This document shows positions 1 to 11,793 of a stretch of DNA of 64,000 nucleotides, piece after piece. Below the pieces are notes generated by a model. That model saw nothing but the letters and a program-made list of their open reading frames with translations. It made no database searches and was not told the DNA's origin. The DNA lies in contig CAWAIF010000003.1 in assembly GCA_963782055.1 (NCBI GenBank), positions 4,096,001 through 4,160,000 on the forward strand. Reading direction: 5' to 3'. The position numbers were made by a program, and so were the translations under genes. The stretch comes from an uncultured delta proteobacterium. Lineage in GTDB: Bacteria; Myxococcota_A; Polyangia; Polyangiales; Polyangiaceae. How positions within the stretch are numbered: the stretch's first letter is position 1; the number at the start of each line of letters is the position of its first letter.

Positions 1-766
1 CGGCATGGCCCTCGCCAAGGGCATGGCGCCGGGCGTGCTGATGGCCGAGCTCTACGGCAAAAAGACCGGCTGCTCGCAGGGCCTCGGCGGGTCGATGCAC
101 CTGTTCGACCCCGCGCACCACATGCTCGGCGGCTACGGGATCGTCGGCGGCCACATCCCCGTCGCCTCTGGCGTGGCGTTCGCCTCCAAGTACCGCAACG
201 AGGGGCGCGTCGTGCTCTGCTTCTTCGGCGACGGCGCCGTCTCCATCCAGGGCTTCCACGAGGGCGTGTCCCTCGCGGCGCTGTGGAAGCTGCCCATCGT
301 CCTGGTCTGCGAGAACAACGAGTACTCCATGGGCACGCCGCTCTCGCGCACCGTCTCGGTGGAGGACATCAGTCAGAAGGCCATCGGCTACGGCATCCCG
401 CACGACCGCTTCTTCGCGACCGACGTGCTGGAGGTGGAGGAGCGCATCGGCGCCGCCATCGACCGCGCGCGCCGGGAGTCCACCCCCACGCTGGTGGAGG
501 TGCGCACCTACCGCTTCCGCGGTCACTCCATGAGCGACCCGGCCAAGTACCGCACGGCCTCCGAGCTGGAGGAGCACAAGAAGCGCGACCCGCTCGTCTC
601 CGCGCGCGAGCGCCTGCAGCAGGCGATGGAGGCCGCCGCCCTGAAGGCGCTCGAGGACGAGGTCGAGGACGAGGTCGCCAAGGCGCTGAAGTTCGCCGAG
701 GAGAGCCCGCAGCCGGACCCCTCGGTGCTGGAGTCCACGACGTACGACGGCCCCTTCGCATACTGA
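1..766 (+). CDS. pdhA: Pyruvate dehydrogenase E1 alpha subunit (5'-truncated by window)
   Basis: GGSMH, GIVGGH, TPP motif FGDGA...ENN, TYRFRGHSMSDP; directly followed by E1 beta and E2. Confidence 0.95.
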   Translation, partial: GMALAKGMAPGVLMAELYGKKTGCSQGLGGSMHLFDPAHHMLGGYGIVGGHIPVASGVAFASKYRNEGRVVLCFFGDGAVSIQGFHEGVSLAALWKLPIVLVCENNEYSMGTPLSRTVSVEDISQKAIGYGIPHDRFFATDVLEVEERIGAAIDRARRESTPTLVEVRTYRFRGHSMSDPAKYRTASELEEHKKRDPLVSARERLQQAMEAAALKALEDEVEDEVAKALKFAEESPQPDPSVLESTTYDGPFAY

Positions 767-768
767 CC

Positions 769-1749
769 ATGAAGACACTACGGTTTCGAGAAGCGCTGCG
801 CGAGGCGATGATCGAGGAGATGGACCGGGACGACCGCGTCTTTCTCATGGGGGAGGAGGTCGGCCACTACCAGGGCGCGTACAAGGTCTCGGAGGGCATG
901 CTGGAGCGCTACGGCGAGAAGCGGGTCATCGACACGCCCATCGCCGAGGGGGGCTTCGCCGGCATCGGCATCGGCGCGGCGATGGTGGGCCTCAGGCCCA
1001 TCGTGGAGTTCATGACCTGGAACTTCTCCGCCATCGCCTTCGACCAGATCCTCAACAACGCGGCCAAGATCCGGCAGATGTCCGGCGGCCAGCTCCACTG
1101 CCCCATCGTCTTCCGCGGGCCCAACGCGAGCGCCCGGCAGGTGGCGAGCCAGCACTCCCACGCGATGGAGCACTTCTACGCGACCATCCCCGGGCTGAAG
1201 GTCGTCGCCCCTGCCTTCCCGGCGGACGCCAAGGGTCTGCTGAAGACCGCCATCCGCGACGACAACCCGGTGCTGGTGATGGAGTCGGAGACGCTCTACT
1301 CGGTCAAGGGCGAGGTGCCCGACGACCAGGACGCCATCCCCCTCGGCCTGGCGCGCGTCGCCCGCCGCGGCACCGACGTGACCATCGCCGCCTACTCGCG
1401 GATGACGCACGTGGCGCTGGAGGCGGCCGAGCAGCTGGAGAAGGAGGGCATCTCCGCGGAGGTGATCGACCTGCGAAGCCTGCGCCCGCTCGACGAGGAC
1501 ACCCTCACCGCGAGCGTCCGCAAGACGCACCGGCTGGTGGTGGTGCACGAGGGCTGGCCCTACGGCGGCGTCGGCGCGGAGATCGCCGACCGCGTGCAGC
1601 GCCTCGCCTTCGACTGGCTCGACGCGCCCATCCTGCGCGTCACCACGCGCGACGTGCCCATGCCGTACAACGCGAAGCTGGAGCAGTACGTGATGCCGCA
1701 GCCGGAGCGCGTGGTCGCCACCGCGAAGCGCGTCATCCACAGGCAGTAG
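769..1749 (+). CDS. pdhB: Pyruvate dehydrogenase E1 beta subunit
   Basis: ATG at 769 (MKTLRFREALREAM); GEEVG, DTPIAE, VEFMTWNF, SQHS motifs; the ORF-track extension from 283 is a shadow overlapping pdhA. Confidence 0.95.
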   Translation: MKTLRFREALREAMIEEMDRDDRVFLMGEEVGHYQGAYKVSEGMLERYGEKRVIDTPIAEGGFAGIGIGAAMVGLRPIVEFMTWNFSAIAFDQILNNAAKIRQMSGGQLHCPIVFRGPNASARQVASQHSHAMEHFYATIPGLKVVAPAFPADAKGLLKTAIRDDNPVLVMESETLYSVKGEVPDDQDAIPLGLARVARRGTDVTIAAYSRMTHVALEAAEQLEKEGISAEVIDLRSLRPLDEDTLTASVRKTHRLVVVHEGWPYGGVGAEIADRVQRLAFDWLDAPILRVTTRDVPMPYNAKLEQYVMPQPERVVATAKRVIHRQ

Positions 1750-1757
1750 AGAGAACG

Positions 1758-3137
1758 ATGGCCAAGATCGTCGAGATGCCCAAGCTTTCGCCCACCATGG
1801 AGGAGGGCGTGCTCACCGCGTGGCACAAGAAGGAGGGCGACGCGGTGGACGTGGACGACCTCCTCGCCGAGGTGGAGACCGACAAGGCGACGATGGAGTT
1901 TCGCTCCTTCGACAAGGGCACGCTGCTGCGCCTGCTCGTCGCCGACGGCGCGAACGTCAAGCTGGGCCAGCCGGTGGCGATCCTCGGCACCCCAGGCGAG
2001 GACATCGCCGCGCTGGTCGCGCAGGCCGGCGCGACGATGCGCCCGGCGCCGGAGCATGCGCCCAAGGAGGCGCCGACACCCGCGCAGCCGCCCTCCCCGC
2101 CGCCTCGCGAGCGAGAGCCGGACACCGAGGCCCCCTCCGCCATGCGCAACCCGCCCAAGCTGGCGAGCGGCAGCGTGCTGGACCGCACCGAGCGCGAGCC
2201 GGAGCCTGTGGCGGCGGCGTCCGGCGAACGCGTCCTCGCCTCCCCCTACGTGCGCAAGACCGCGCGGGAGATGGGCCTCGACCTGCGCGGCGTCCACGGC
2301 AGCGGCACCGGCGGCCGCGTGGTCGCCGGGGACCTGCAGGGCCTCGGCGCCCAGACCCGCTCGACGGCGCTCGCGCGAGCGGCCGCGCCCAGCACCCTGC
2401 AGGCGCCCGCGGCCGGACCGTCGTATCCGGAGGACGAGGTCCGCCCTCTCTCGATGATGCGCAAGACCATCGCGCGGCGCCTCACGGAGGCCAAGCAGAC
2501 GGTGCCGCACTTCTACCTGACGGTGGACGTGGACATGGGGCCGCTGCTCGCCCTGCGCGAGCAGATCAACAGCGAGCTCGCCTCCGAGAAGACGGAGGAC
2601 GACAAGCCGCTGAAGGTCAGCGTGACCGACCTGCTCGTCAAGGCGTGCGCCTCGGCGCTGGTGCGCGTGCCGGAGTGCAACGCGTCCTTCACCCCGGAGG
2701 CGATCCTGGTGCACCGGCGGGTGGACGTCTCGATCGCGGTGGCGGTGACCGACGGCCTGCTCACCCCCGTCGTGCGCAACGCCGACCAGAAGAGCGTGGT
2801 CGCCATCGCGCGGGAGGTGCGCGAGCTCGCCGCGCGCGCGCGCCAGAAGAAGCTCCGCCCGGAGGAGATGAGCGACGGCACCTTCTCCATCTCCAACCTG
2901 GGGATGTTCGGCATCGACGCCTTCGCCGCGGTCATCAACCCGCCGGAGGGCGCCATCCTCGCGGTGGGCCAGGTGCGCGAGGAGCCGGTCGTCGTGGACG
3001 GCGCGCTCGGGATCGGCAAGCGCATGGCGATGACCCTCTCGTGCGATCACCGCGTCGTCGACGGCGCGGTCGGCGCGGCCTTCCTGGCCGAGCTGCGGGC
3101 GCTGCTGGCCCGGCCGATGCGCGTGCTCGCCGGGTGA
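1758..3137 (+). CDS. pdhC: Dihydrolipoamide acetyltransferase (PDH E2), single lipoyl domain
   Basis: MPKLSPTMEEG...ETDKA lipoyl domain, ASPYVRKTARE subunit-binding domain, catalytic CDHRVVDG. Confidence 0.95.
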   Translation: MAKIVEMPKLSPTMEEGVLTAWHKKEGDAVDVDDLLAEVETDKATMEFRSFDKGTLLRLLVADGANVKLGQPVAILGTPGEDIAALVAQAGATMRPAPEHAPKEAPTPAQPPSPPPREREPDTEAPSAMRNPPKLASGSVLDRTEREPEPVAAASGERVLASPYVRKTAREMGLDLRGVHGSGTGGRVVAGDLQGLGAQTRSTALARAAAPSTLQAPAAGPSYPEDEVRPLSMMRKTIARRLTEAKQTVPHFYLTVDVDMGPLLALREQINSELASEKTEDDKPLKVSVTDLLVKACASALVRVPECNASFTPEAILVHRRVDVSIAVAVTDGLLTPVVRNADQKSVVAIAREVRELAARARQKKLRPEEMSDGTFSISNLGMFGIDAFAAVINPPEGAILAVGQVREEPVVVDGALGIGKRMAMTLSCDHRVVDGAVGAAFLAELRALLARPMRVLAG

Positions 3138-3141
3138 GTCG

Positions 3142-3150
3142 TGCTAGCGT
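3142..3150 (+). promoter_or_regulatory. Extended -10 box (TGc-TAGCGT) 7 nt before ATG 3158; putative leaderless promoter
   Basis: Sequence gTGCTAGCGTgacggccATG. Confidence 0.55.
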
Positions 3151-3157
3151 GACGGCC

Positions 3158-4135
3158 ATGCGACCGCGCGCGATCGCCTCGCTGCTGGGCGTGCTCGCCG
3201 CCTCCACCGCGGCGTGGGCGGGCCGGCCCATCCCTCCCACACGCTTCTCCGACGGCCTGCCCGTCGCCGCGGGGGCCAAGGCCGGCGCCGAGGTCGCGGT
3301 CCTGCGCGCGCGCCCCTCCGGGCGGGTGCGCATCCCGGGCGCGACGTTCGTCATGGGCAGCACCGTGACCGAGCTGGAGCAGGCCGTCGCCCTCTGCGAG
3401 ACGCAGCCCTACGGTGGCGCGCGGCTGGTCGATGACTTCAGCGGCAACAGCCTCTCGGTGTGCGACCCGCGCGCCTTCGTCGAGGGCCCCGCGCACGACG
3501 TCACCCTCTCCCCCTTCGAGATCGACAGGACCGAGGTCCGCGTCGCCGACTACGCCCGCTGCGTCTCCGCCGGCGCGTGCTCCCCGCCGGGCTTCTCCAC
3601 CGGAGACCCTCGCTTCGACCGGCCAGACCTGCCGGTGGTGCTGGTCTCGTGGAACGACGCGCGCGACTACTGTGGCTGGGTGGGCGCGCGGCTGCCTACT
3701 GAAGCGGAGTGGGAGTACACGGCCCGCGGGGTCGGGCGCCGCGTCTTCCCGTGGGGCAACGTCTTCAACGGGCACCTGTGCAACCACGGCATGCTCGCGC
3801 GCGACCCGACGAACGCCCGGGATGGCTTCGCCGGCCTGGCCCCGGTCGGGTCCTTCCCCGACGGCGCGACGCCGCTCGGCATCCAGGACATGGCGGGCAA
3901 CGCCTCCGAGTGGGTGGCCGACACCGCGCGCGTGGGCAAGAACGGCAGCACCGAACGCGCGTACCTCCCGCAGGCCCAGACCAACCCGCTGGTGAGCGAG
4001 GGCGTCATGCACGTGGTCCGGGGCGGCTCCTACCTGGAGGGCCCCCAGGAGATGCGCACCGCCGCGCGCAACTTCCTCATCGTCTCCGCCCGGCGCGAGC
4101 ACGTCGGCTTCCGGTGCGCCGCGAGCGTGCGCTGA
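3158..4135 (+). CDS. Secreted FGE-sulfatase (SUMF1/EgtB/PvdO family) domain protein
   Basis: Signal peptide; F.MG, IDRTEV, PVV.VSW.DA..YC.W, RLPTEAEWE, DMAGNASEW, RGGSY, GFRCA; alternative GTG start at 3134. Confidence 0.88.
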   Translation: MRPRAIASLLGVLAASTAAWAGRPIPPTRFSDGLPVAAGAKAGAEVAVLRARPSGRVRIPGATFVMGSTVTELEQAVALCETQPYGGARLVDDFSGNSLSVCDPRAFVEGPAHDVTLSPFEIDRTEVRVADYARCVSAGACSPPGFSTGDPRFDRPDLPVVLVSWNDARDYCGWVGARLPTEAEWEYTARGVGRRVFPWGNVFNGHLCNHGMLARDPTNARDGFAGLAPVGSFPDGATPLGIQDMAGNASEWVADTARVGKNGSTERAYLPQAQTNPLVSEGVMHVVRGGSYLEGPQEMRTAARNFLIVSARREHVGFRCAASVR

Positions 4136-4136
4136 C

Positions 4137-5060
4137 ATGCGGATCGCCCACTTCTCCGACCTGCACGTGCTCTCCCTGGAGGGCGTCGGCCCCGCGCGAT
4201 TCCTCAACAAGCGCTTCAGCGGGTGGGTCAACCTGCGGTTGAAGCGCGGGCACACGCACCACGCCTCCTACGTGCGGGCCATCGCCCAGGAGGTCGCCCG
4301 GGCGAAGGTGGACCACGTCGCCATCACCGGCGACCTCACCAACCTCGCCCTGGAGCCGGAGTTCGCCGCGGCGCGCAGCATCCTGGAGGAGGAGCTGCAC
4401 CTCTCGCCCAAGGACGTGAGCATCGTCCCCGGCAACCACGACTTTTACACGCGCGGCGCGCTCCGGAAGCGGCGCTTCACCGAGTTCTTTGCACAATACA
4501 CGCAAGGCGACATCGACGTGGCGGTGGACATCAAGGCCGGCCACTTCCCGTACGTGAAGCTGCGCGGGCCGTGCGCGATCATCGGCCTCTCCAGCGCCGT
4601 GCCGCGCGCGCCCTTCGTGGCGGCGGGCGTCATCGGGGCGCCGCAGCTCGACGCCCTCTCCCGCGCGCTGGACCACCCGGAGGTGAAGCGCCGCACGCCG
4701 GTGCTGCTCGTCCACCACCCGCCGTACCTCCCGCCCTCCGCGCTCAAGGCGGCGATGGAGGGGCTGCGCGACGGCCGCGAGCTCGTCGCCCGCCTGGCGG
4801 GCGTGCGGCGTGGCCTCTTGCTCCACGGCCACCTTCACCGGCGCATCCGGCGAGTGCACCGGACCGACGCCGGCGAGATCCTCATCGTGGGGGCGACGAG
4901 CGCCTCCCTCCACCACGAGGCCGCGACGCGCATGAGCGGCTTCAACCTCTACGAGATCGACGACGCGACCGGCGAGATCGTCCGCGTGGAGGCGCACGTC
5001 CTCACCCCGGAGACGGGCGCGTTCAGCCTGGAGGATGTCCCCACCGGCGCCTGGACCTGA
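4137..5060 (+). CDS. Calcineurin-like metallophosphoesterase
   Basis: SDLH, TGDLT, PGNHD, HH, HGHLH metal-binding motifs. Confidence 0.9.
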   Translation: MRIAHFSDLHVLSLEGVGPARFLNKRFSGWVNLRLKRGHTHHASYVRAIAQEVARAKVDHVAITGDLTNLALEPEFAAARSILEEELHLSPKDVSIVPGNHDFYTRGALRKRRFTEFFAQYTQGDIDVAVDIKAGHFPYVKLRGPCAIIGLSSAVPRAPFVAAGVIGAPQLDALSRALDHPEVKRRTPVLLVHHPPYLPPSALKAAMEGLRDGRELVARLAGVRRGLLLHGHLHRRIRRVHRTDAGEILIVGATSASLHHEAATRMSGFNLYEIDDATGEIVRVEAHVLTPETGAFSLEDVPTGAWT

Positions 5061-5109
5061 GGGCGTTTCCGGGGGCGGCGCGCGCGCCAATGGCCGCCGC
5101 AGATCACGC

Positions 5110-5139
5110 TTGACCTGGCTGGCGCGCTTCTCCTAACGT
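5110..5139 (+). promoter_or_regulatory. Putative sigma70 promoter of csp gene (TTGACC-N18-TAACGT)
   Basis: TTGACC 5110-5115, TAACGT 5134-5139; implies a ~165-nt 5' UTR. Confidence 0.5.
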
Positions 5140-5309
5140 GCGCCGTCGCCTCGGGGGATCGTGCAGTCTGCACGCAATTTCGCCCGGGGCCGCGTGCCCG
5201 CGGCGTCCACTTGGAAGCCAGCCCGCGGGGGAGAAGCTCGAGGCCCGGGGTTGTGTTCGCCGGGCCGGTTCGAAGTGGAAGTTGCAATAGGTGGAAGTGG
5301 AGGCATCAG

Positions 5310-5525
5310 ATGGCACTGGGCAAGGTCAAGTGGTTCAACGACGAGAAGGGCTGGGGGTTCATCAAGCAGGATGAGGGGCCCGACGTCTTCGTGCACTACT
5401 CGCAGATCAACGGCGAAGGTCGTCGCCGCCTCTTCGAGGACGAGGTCGTGGAGTTCGAGATCAAGGAGGGGCCCAAGGGGCTGCAGGCGATCAACGTGAC
5501 GCGCCAGCAAGGCGCCCCGGCCTGA
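5310..5525 (+). CDS. csp: Cold-shock domain protein (CspA family)
   Basis: [15 protein letters not shown] (RNP1), DVFVHYS (RNP2), GPKGLQA; SD GGAGG 5299-5303. Confidence 0.95.
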   Translation: MALGKVKWFNDEKGWGFIKQDEGPDVFVHYSQINGEGRRRLFEDEVVEFEIKEGPKGLQAINVTRQQGAPA

Positions 5526-5552
5526 CCCGCCCGCGTCCCAACAGGACGCGCC

Positions 5553-5595
5553 GAGCGCCCGCCCCGCCAGACCGCGGAGCGGGCGCTCTGCTTTT
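5553..5595 (+). terminator. Intrinsic terminator downstream of csp
   Basis: GAGCGCCCGC (5553-5562) pairs with GCGGGCGCTC (5579-5588), followed by TGCTTTT; lies between convergent genes. Confidence 0.7.
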
Positions 5596-5643
5596 GTGTC
5601 TTCCGCGCGCCCTCCGGGCCGTCGGTCCGCGCGACCGAGGCCC

Positions 5644-6840
5644 TCAGGGCTTGCCCTTCTCCAGCGTGTCCAGCTCGTTCAGGTTCTCCTTCACGCGCGG
5701 GTCGCTCGGGTCGAGCGCCTTCGCCTTGAGCAGCGCGGCGCGCGCCTCCGCCCGCGTCTTCGGGTCCTGCGCGAGCGCGACGCCCAGGCTGATCCACGCG
5801 CTGGTGAAGGTCGGGTCGAGGCGGATGGCCTCGCGGTACTGCGCCACGGCGTCGGGGCGGCGCCCGAGCATGCCGTACGCGTAGCCCAGGTTGACGTGGT
5901 ACGAGGGGCGCGAGGCGTCGAGCTGCACGGCACGCTCCAGCTCGTTGGCCCCGCGGGTGACGTCGTTCTTGGCGAGCAGCGCGGTGCCCAGGTCGTCGTG
6001 GGCGCGGGCGTCGTCGGGGGCGATGCGCGCCGCCACCTCGAAGGACTGCACGGCGTCGTTCACGCGGCCCATCATGAGCTCCACCGCGCCAAGGTTGCCG
6101 CGGCGCGGCGCGCTGCCCGGGTCGAGGGCGACCGCCCTGGCGAACTGGGGCAGCGCTTCGTCCTTGTGGCCGGTGGCGAGGAGCGCGGCGCCCAGCGCCG
6201 ACACCACCTCCGGCTCGTCGGGGAGGAGCTCCGCCGCCTTGCGCATGGAGGTGAGCGCGCCCTGGGCGTCGGAGGCGAGGAGCTGGGCGAAGCCGAGCTC
6301 CGCCCAGGCCGGCCCGTAGGTCTTGTCGTGCGCCGTGACGCGCTTCAGATCCTTGATCGCCGCGGCCACCGCCGCGTTGCCCTTGCCGGCGCCGTAGTCT
6401 GCCGCGACACCCGTCTTCGCGACGCGCACCCGCGCGAGGCCCACCGCCGGCCCGGGCCGCCTCGGCCCGAGCTTGCGCGCCGCCTCGTAGTGCTTGGCCG
6501 CCGCCGCAAGGTCACCGGCGCGCATCGCCGCGTCGCCCTGGTCCAGCTCGGCGTCCACCGGATCGTGTCCCGCCCCGGCGAGGGGCACCACGGTGGGCTT
6601 CGGCGGCGGCAGCGGCCCGTGCGCGTCCGCCGACGGGGCGGGCGCTCCCGCGTCGGAGGTGGCGGCGACGGGAGCGCCGGCGTCGGAGGCGGGCGTGACG
6701 GCGACGACGGTGTCGCCCCCGGGGCAGCCCGGATCGCCCGGACGGCACGCCGGGCTGGTCCCGCCCGAAGCCGCGGGGGTCGCCGCCGGCCCGCAGGCGG
6801 CGAGGAGGATGCCGAGTACGAATGCTCGTTCATGTCTCAT
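5644..6840 (-). CDS. TPR-repeat lipoprotein
   Basis: Lipobox LAAC, Pro/Ala/DAG linker, multiple TPR repeats (A...LG..L...G...EA...F..A..LDP). Confidence 0.85.
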   Translation of the reverse strand: MRHERAFVLGILLAACGPAATPAASGGTSPACRPGDPGCPGGDTVVAVTPASDAGAPVAATSDAGAPAPSADAHGPLPPPKPTVVPLAGAGHDPVDAELDQGDAAMRAGDLAAAAKHYEAARKLGPRRPGPAVGLARVRVAKTGVAADYGAGKGNAAVAAAIKDLKRVTAHDKTYGPAWAELGFAQLLASDAQGALTSMRKAAELLPDEPEVVSALGAALLATGHKDEALPQFARAVALDPGSAPRRGNLGAVELMMGRVNDAVQSFEVAARIAPDDARAHDDLGTALLAKNDVTRGANELERAVQLDASRPSYHVNLGYAYGMLGRRPDAVAQYREAIRLDPTFTSAWISLGVALAQDPKTRAEARAALLKAKALDPSDPRVKENLNELDTLEKGKP

Positions 6841-7239
6841 GCTTCGTCACCACCGCCAGCGCGTGCGCCATGACGTCGCGCGCGGCCTCCATGATTCGCT
6901 CGTCCGCCGCCCGGCTGCGCAGCGGCACCACGCCGCCGCCCGGCGCGGTCGCCTCCTGCAGCACCCTGCACGCCGCGCGCACCGGCTCGGGGACGGTGGC
7001 GTCCTCGGCCAGCGCGTTCACGTGGTCGACGTAGGAGCGCCCCCAGCCCTCGCTGGGCTCCACGATGAGCACGCCGTTGAGCGCCATGCCCGCGGCGCGC
7101 CGCGCCCCGGCGAGCCCCGCGCGCGCGTCGTGGCGCGCGTACGCCTCCTGCGCGTGCCGGAGCTCGGTGAGCGCCGCCTGGATCCACTCGCGCGGCGAGA
7201 GGCGAAACAGCCAGTGGCTCTCGTCCCGCGCGAAGGGCA

Positions 7240-7240
<1 letters not shown>
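6830..7240 (-). CDS. Hypothetical 136-aa helical protein, HEPN-like
   Basis: MPFARDESHWLFRLSPREWIQAALTELRHA...RRAAGMALNGVL; ATG overlaps the spoVR stop (TGATG); GC3-rich codons. Confidence 0.7.
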
Positions 7241-8802
<1,562 letters not shown>

Positions 8803-8848
8803 CGGCTCCTAGCTTAGCGCCTCCGCGGCGGGGCGTAAGGGCCCCGCG

Positions 8849-9379
8849 TCACAGGCAGTGGTCGGCGTAGTTGGCCACGAGGCTGCTGGCGCAGAAGGTG
8901 ACCTGCTGGTTGTTCTGCTTGAAGACGCAGCACATGGGGTTCGCCTTCTCGGTGCAGTCGGCGTTGGCCGAGCAGAAGCGCACCGTCTCGGTGGTGTTGC
9001 AGCTGAAGGAGAGCTGCGTCGCGCACTTGCTCGCGCACGCGCTGGTGATGGAGCTGATCGGGCAGCTCGGCGGCTGGCCCTGACCGAGGACGAGCTGCGC
9101 GCAGCAGAAGGGGGCGCCGCCGTCGCATGTCGTGGGGTCGGTGCAGCCGAAGTCGGCGTCGGGGATGTTCGCGTCGAGCATGGACGAGTCGCCCACGCCG
9201 GCGTCGGTGCTCGAGCCGTCGGTGCTCGAGCCGTCGGTGGAGGGCGCGTCGCCGGCGGCGTCGGGCACGGCCTGGTCGGCCGTGGCGTCGGCCGTGCTGC
9301 CGTCGGGGCCGGACGTCGAGTCGTCGCCGCCGCAGCCGAAGAGAAGGAGGCAGGCGAATCCAAGCGCGAGGGTCTTCAT
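8849..9379 (-). CDS. Small Cys-rich lipoprotein with acidic Ser/Thr linker
   Basis: MKTLALGFACLLLFGC lipobox; STDGS 15-bp tandem repeat at 9202-9239; Cys-rich C-terminus. Confidence 0.8.
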   Translation of the reverse strand: MKTLALGFACLLLFGCGGDDSTSGPDGSTADATADQAVPDAAGDAPSTDGSSTDGSSTDAGVGDSSMLDANIPDADFGCTDPTTCDGGAPFCCAQLVLGQGQPPSCPISSITSACASKCATQLSFSCNTTETVRFCSANADCTEKANPMCCVFKQNNQQVTFCASSLVANYADHCL

Positions 9380-9420
9380 GCGTCCCACCCTAGCACCTGC
9401 GGTGGCCGGCGCGTCGATCC

Positions 9421-10377
9421 TCAGGGAGGTCCGCCCGCGAGCTTCGCCTTGTTCTCGAAGATGGCCTTCGCCGCGGGGGTGGCGGCGCCCTGCGCGGCCT
9501 TGCGGTAGACGCGCGCCGCCGCGGGCCGCACGTGGACCAGCTTCCAGCGTGTCTCGTAGCCCTGGCCGTTGGGGCGCTCCCCCACGATCACCGCGAGCGT
9601 CGCGCCCGTCGGGGACACCATCAGCGCGCGGGGGAAGATCCAGTACGCCTCCTTCGGGTCGTCGCGGGTGAAGTCGGCGATGGGCACCTCCGCGCCGGTG
9701 GTCTTCTCGCGGAGCCACACGGTCAGGTGGTCGCCGTGGGAGGAGGTGGCCCAGCGCACGCCCAGGTCGTCGGCGAAGGGGAACTTGCCCGGCGCGCCCT
9801 TGCCCAGCTTGCGCAGCCGCGCGGCGATCGCGGGATCCTGCACGGCCGGCACTCCCTCGCCGACCCCCTCCGGCTTGGCGCGTGGGAGCGGGGTCACGCG
9901 GCCGCTGCCCACGTCGACGAGCGAGCAGGACCCGTCGCACGCGACGAAGGTCTTACCGTCGCGCGAGAAGGCGTAGTGGATGTTGTTGAAGATCACCCCG
10001 GCCCCGGCCCACATGCCCTGGTCGGCGCAGTCGTGGACCTCGTCGAAGCCGGGCGTCGAGTCCAGGCGTCCAGGCCTGGACGCGCCCGGCCTGGGCATCC
10101 CGCCCGCCGGCCTGGGGGGCGGCGCGTCCAGGTGCGGATAGGTGCACTTCGGCTCCAGCTCGCCGAGCGGCTTCGACGGCGCGGGCGGCGGTGGGGCCGC
10201 GCTCGTGGTGGGCGCGGCGGAGGCGACGGGGTCGGCGCTCGCCGCCGACGGGGCCGCGGCGGCGGCCGACGGCTGGGTGACGGGCGGTGGGCTGGCCGGC
10301 GGGGGCGGCGCGCCACCGCAAGCGGCGAGGCCGAGGCCGAGGGCGAGCGCGGAGGCGAGGTGGAGCGAGCGGCGCAT
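9421..10377 (-). CDS. Hypothetical lipoprotein (Pro/Ala linker, beta-rich domain)
   Basis: Lipobox LAAC, PAPS-rich linker, FSRDGK/VSPTG propeller-like strands. Confidence 0.75.
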   Translation of the reverse strand: MRRSLHLASALALGLGLAACGGAPPPPASPPPVTQPSAAAAAPSAASADPVASAAPTTSAAPPPPAPSKPLGELEPKCTYPHLDAPPPRPAGGMPRPGASRPGRLDSTPGFDEVHDCADQGMWAGAGVIFNNIHYAFSRDGKTFVACDGSCSLVDVGSGRVTPLPRAKPEGVGEGVPAVQDPAIAARLRKLGKGAPGKFPFADDLGVRWATSSHGDHLTVWLREKTTGAEVPIADFTRDDPKEAYWIFPRALMVSPTGATLAVIVGERPNGQGYETRWKLVHVRPAAARVYRKAAQGAATPAAKAIFENKAKLAGGPP

Positions 10378-10386
10378 GCGCCAGCT

Positions 10387-10601
10387 CTACCCCTGCTCGC
10401 TCCGCTTGGCCAGGCGCCGCGCGGCCACCGCCGTCCACGTGGTGAGGAAGGAGCCGGCCAGCCCGAACAGCACGCCGAGCGGGAGGATCCACAGGTGCCC
10501 GCTCGACGCGCCGCCGGTGACCAGCACGAAGCCGACGCCCGCGAGCAGCAGCCCGGTCTTGAGTCGCTTGCGCAGGCGGGCGACGTCCGCCGCGGGCGCC
10601 G

Positions 10602-10605
<4 letters not shown>
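10387..10605 (-). CDS. Small two-TM membrane protein (72 aa)
   Basis: GTG overlaps the yeaH stop (GTGA); two hydrophobic segments [11 protein letters not shown] / [17 protein letters not shown]. Confidence 0.6.
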
Positions 10606-11714
<1,109 letters not shown>

Positions 11715-11768
11715 CGCCGCGTGTCCTTCGTCCCGACGCCGGACGCGTGGCGGAGGGACCGGGGACTC

Positions 11769-11777
11769 ACGCTAGCA
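11769..11777 (-). promoter_or_regulatory. Extended -10 box (TGc-TAGCGT) about 55 nt upstream of yeaH
   Basis: Minus-strand GTGCTAGCGTGA (11778-11767) is identical to the 12-mer at 3141-3152. Confidence 0.5.
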
Positions 11778-11793
11778 CGGACCGTGCGACCCC

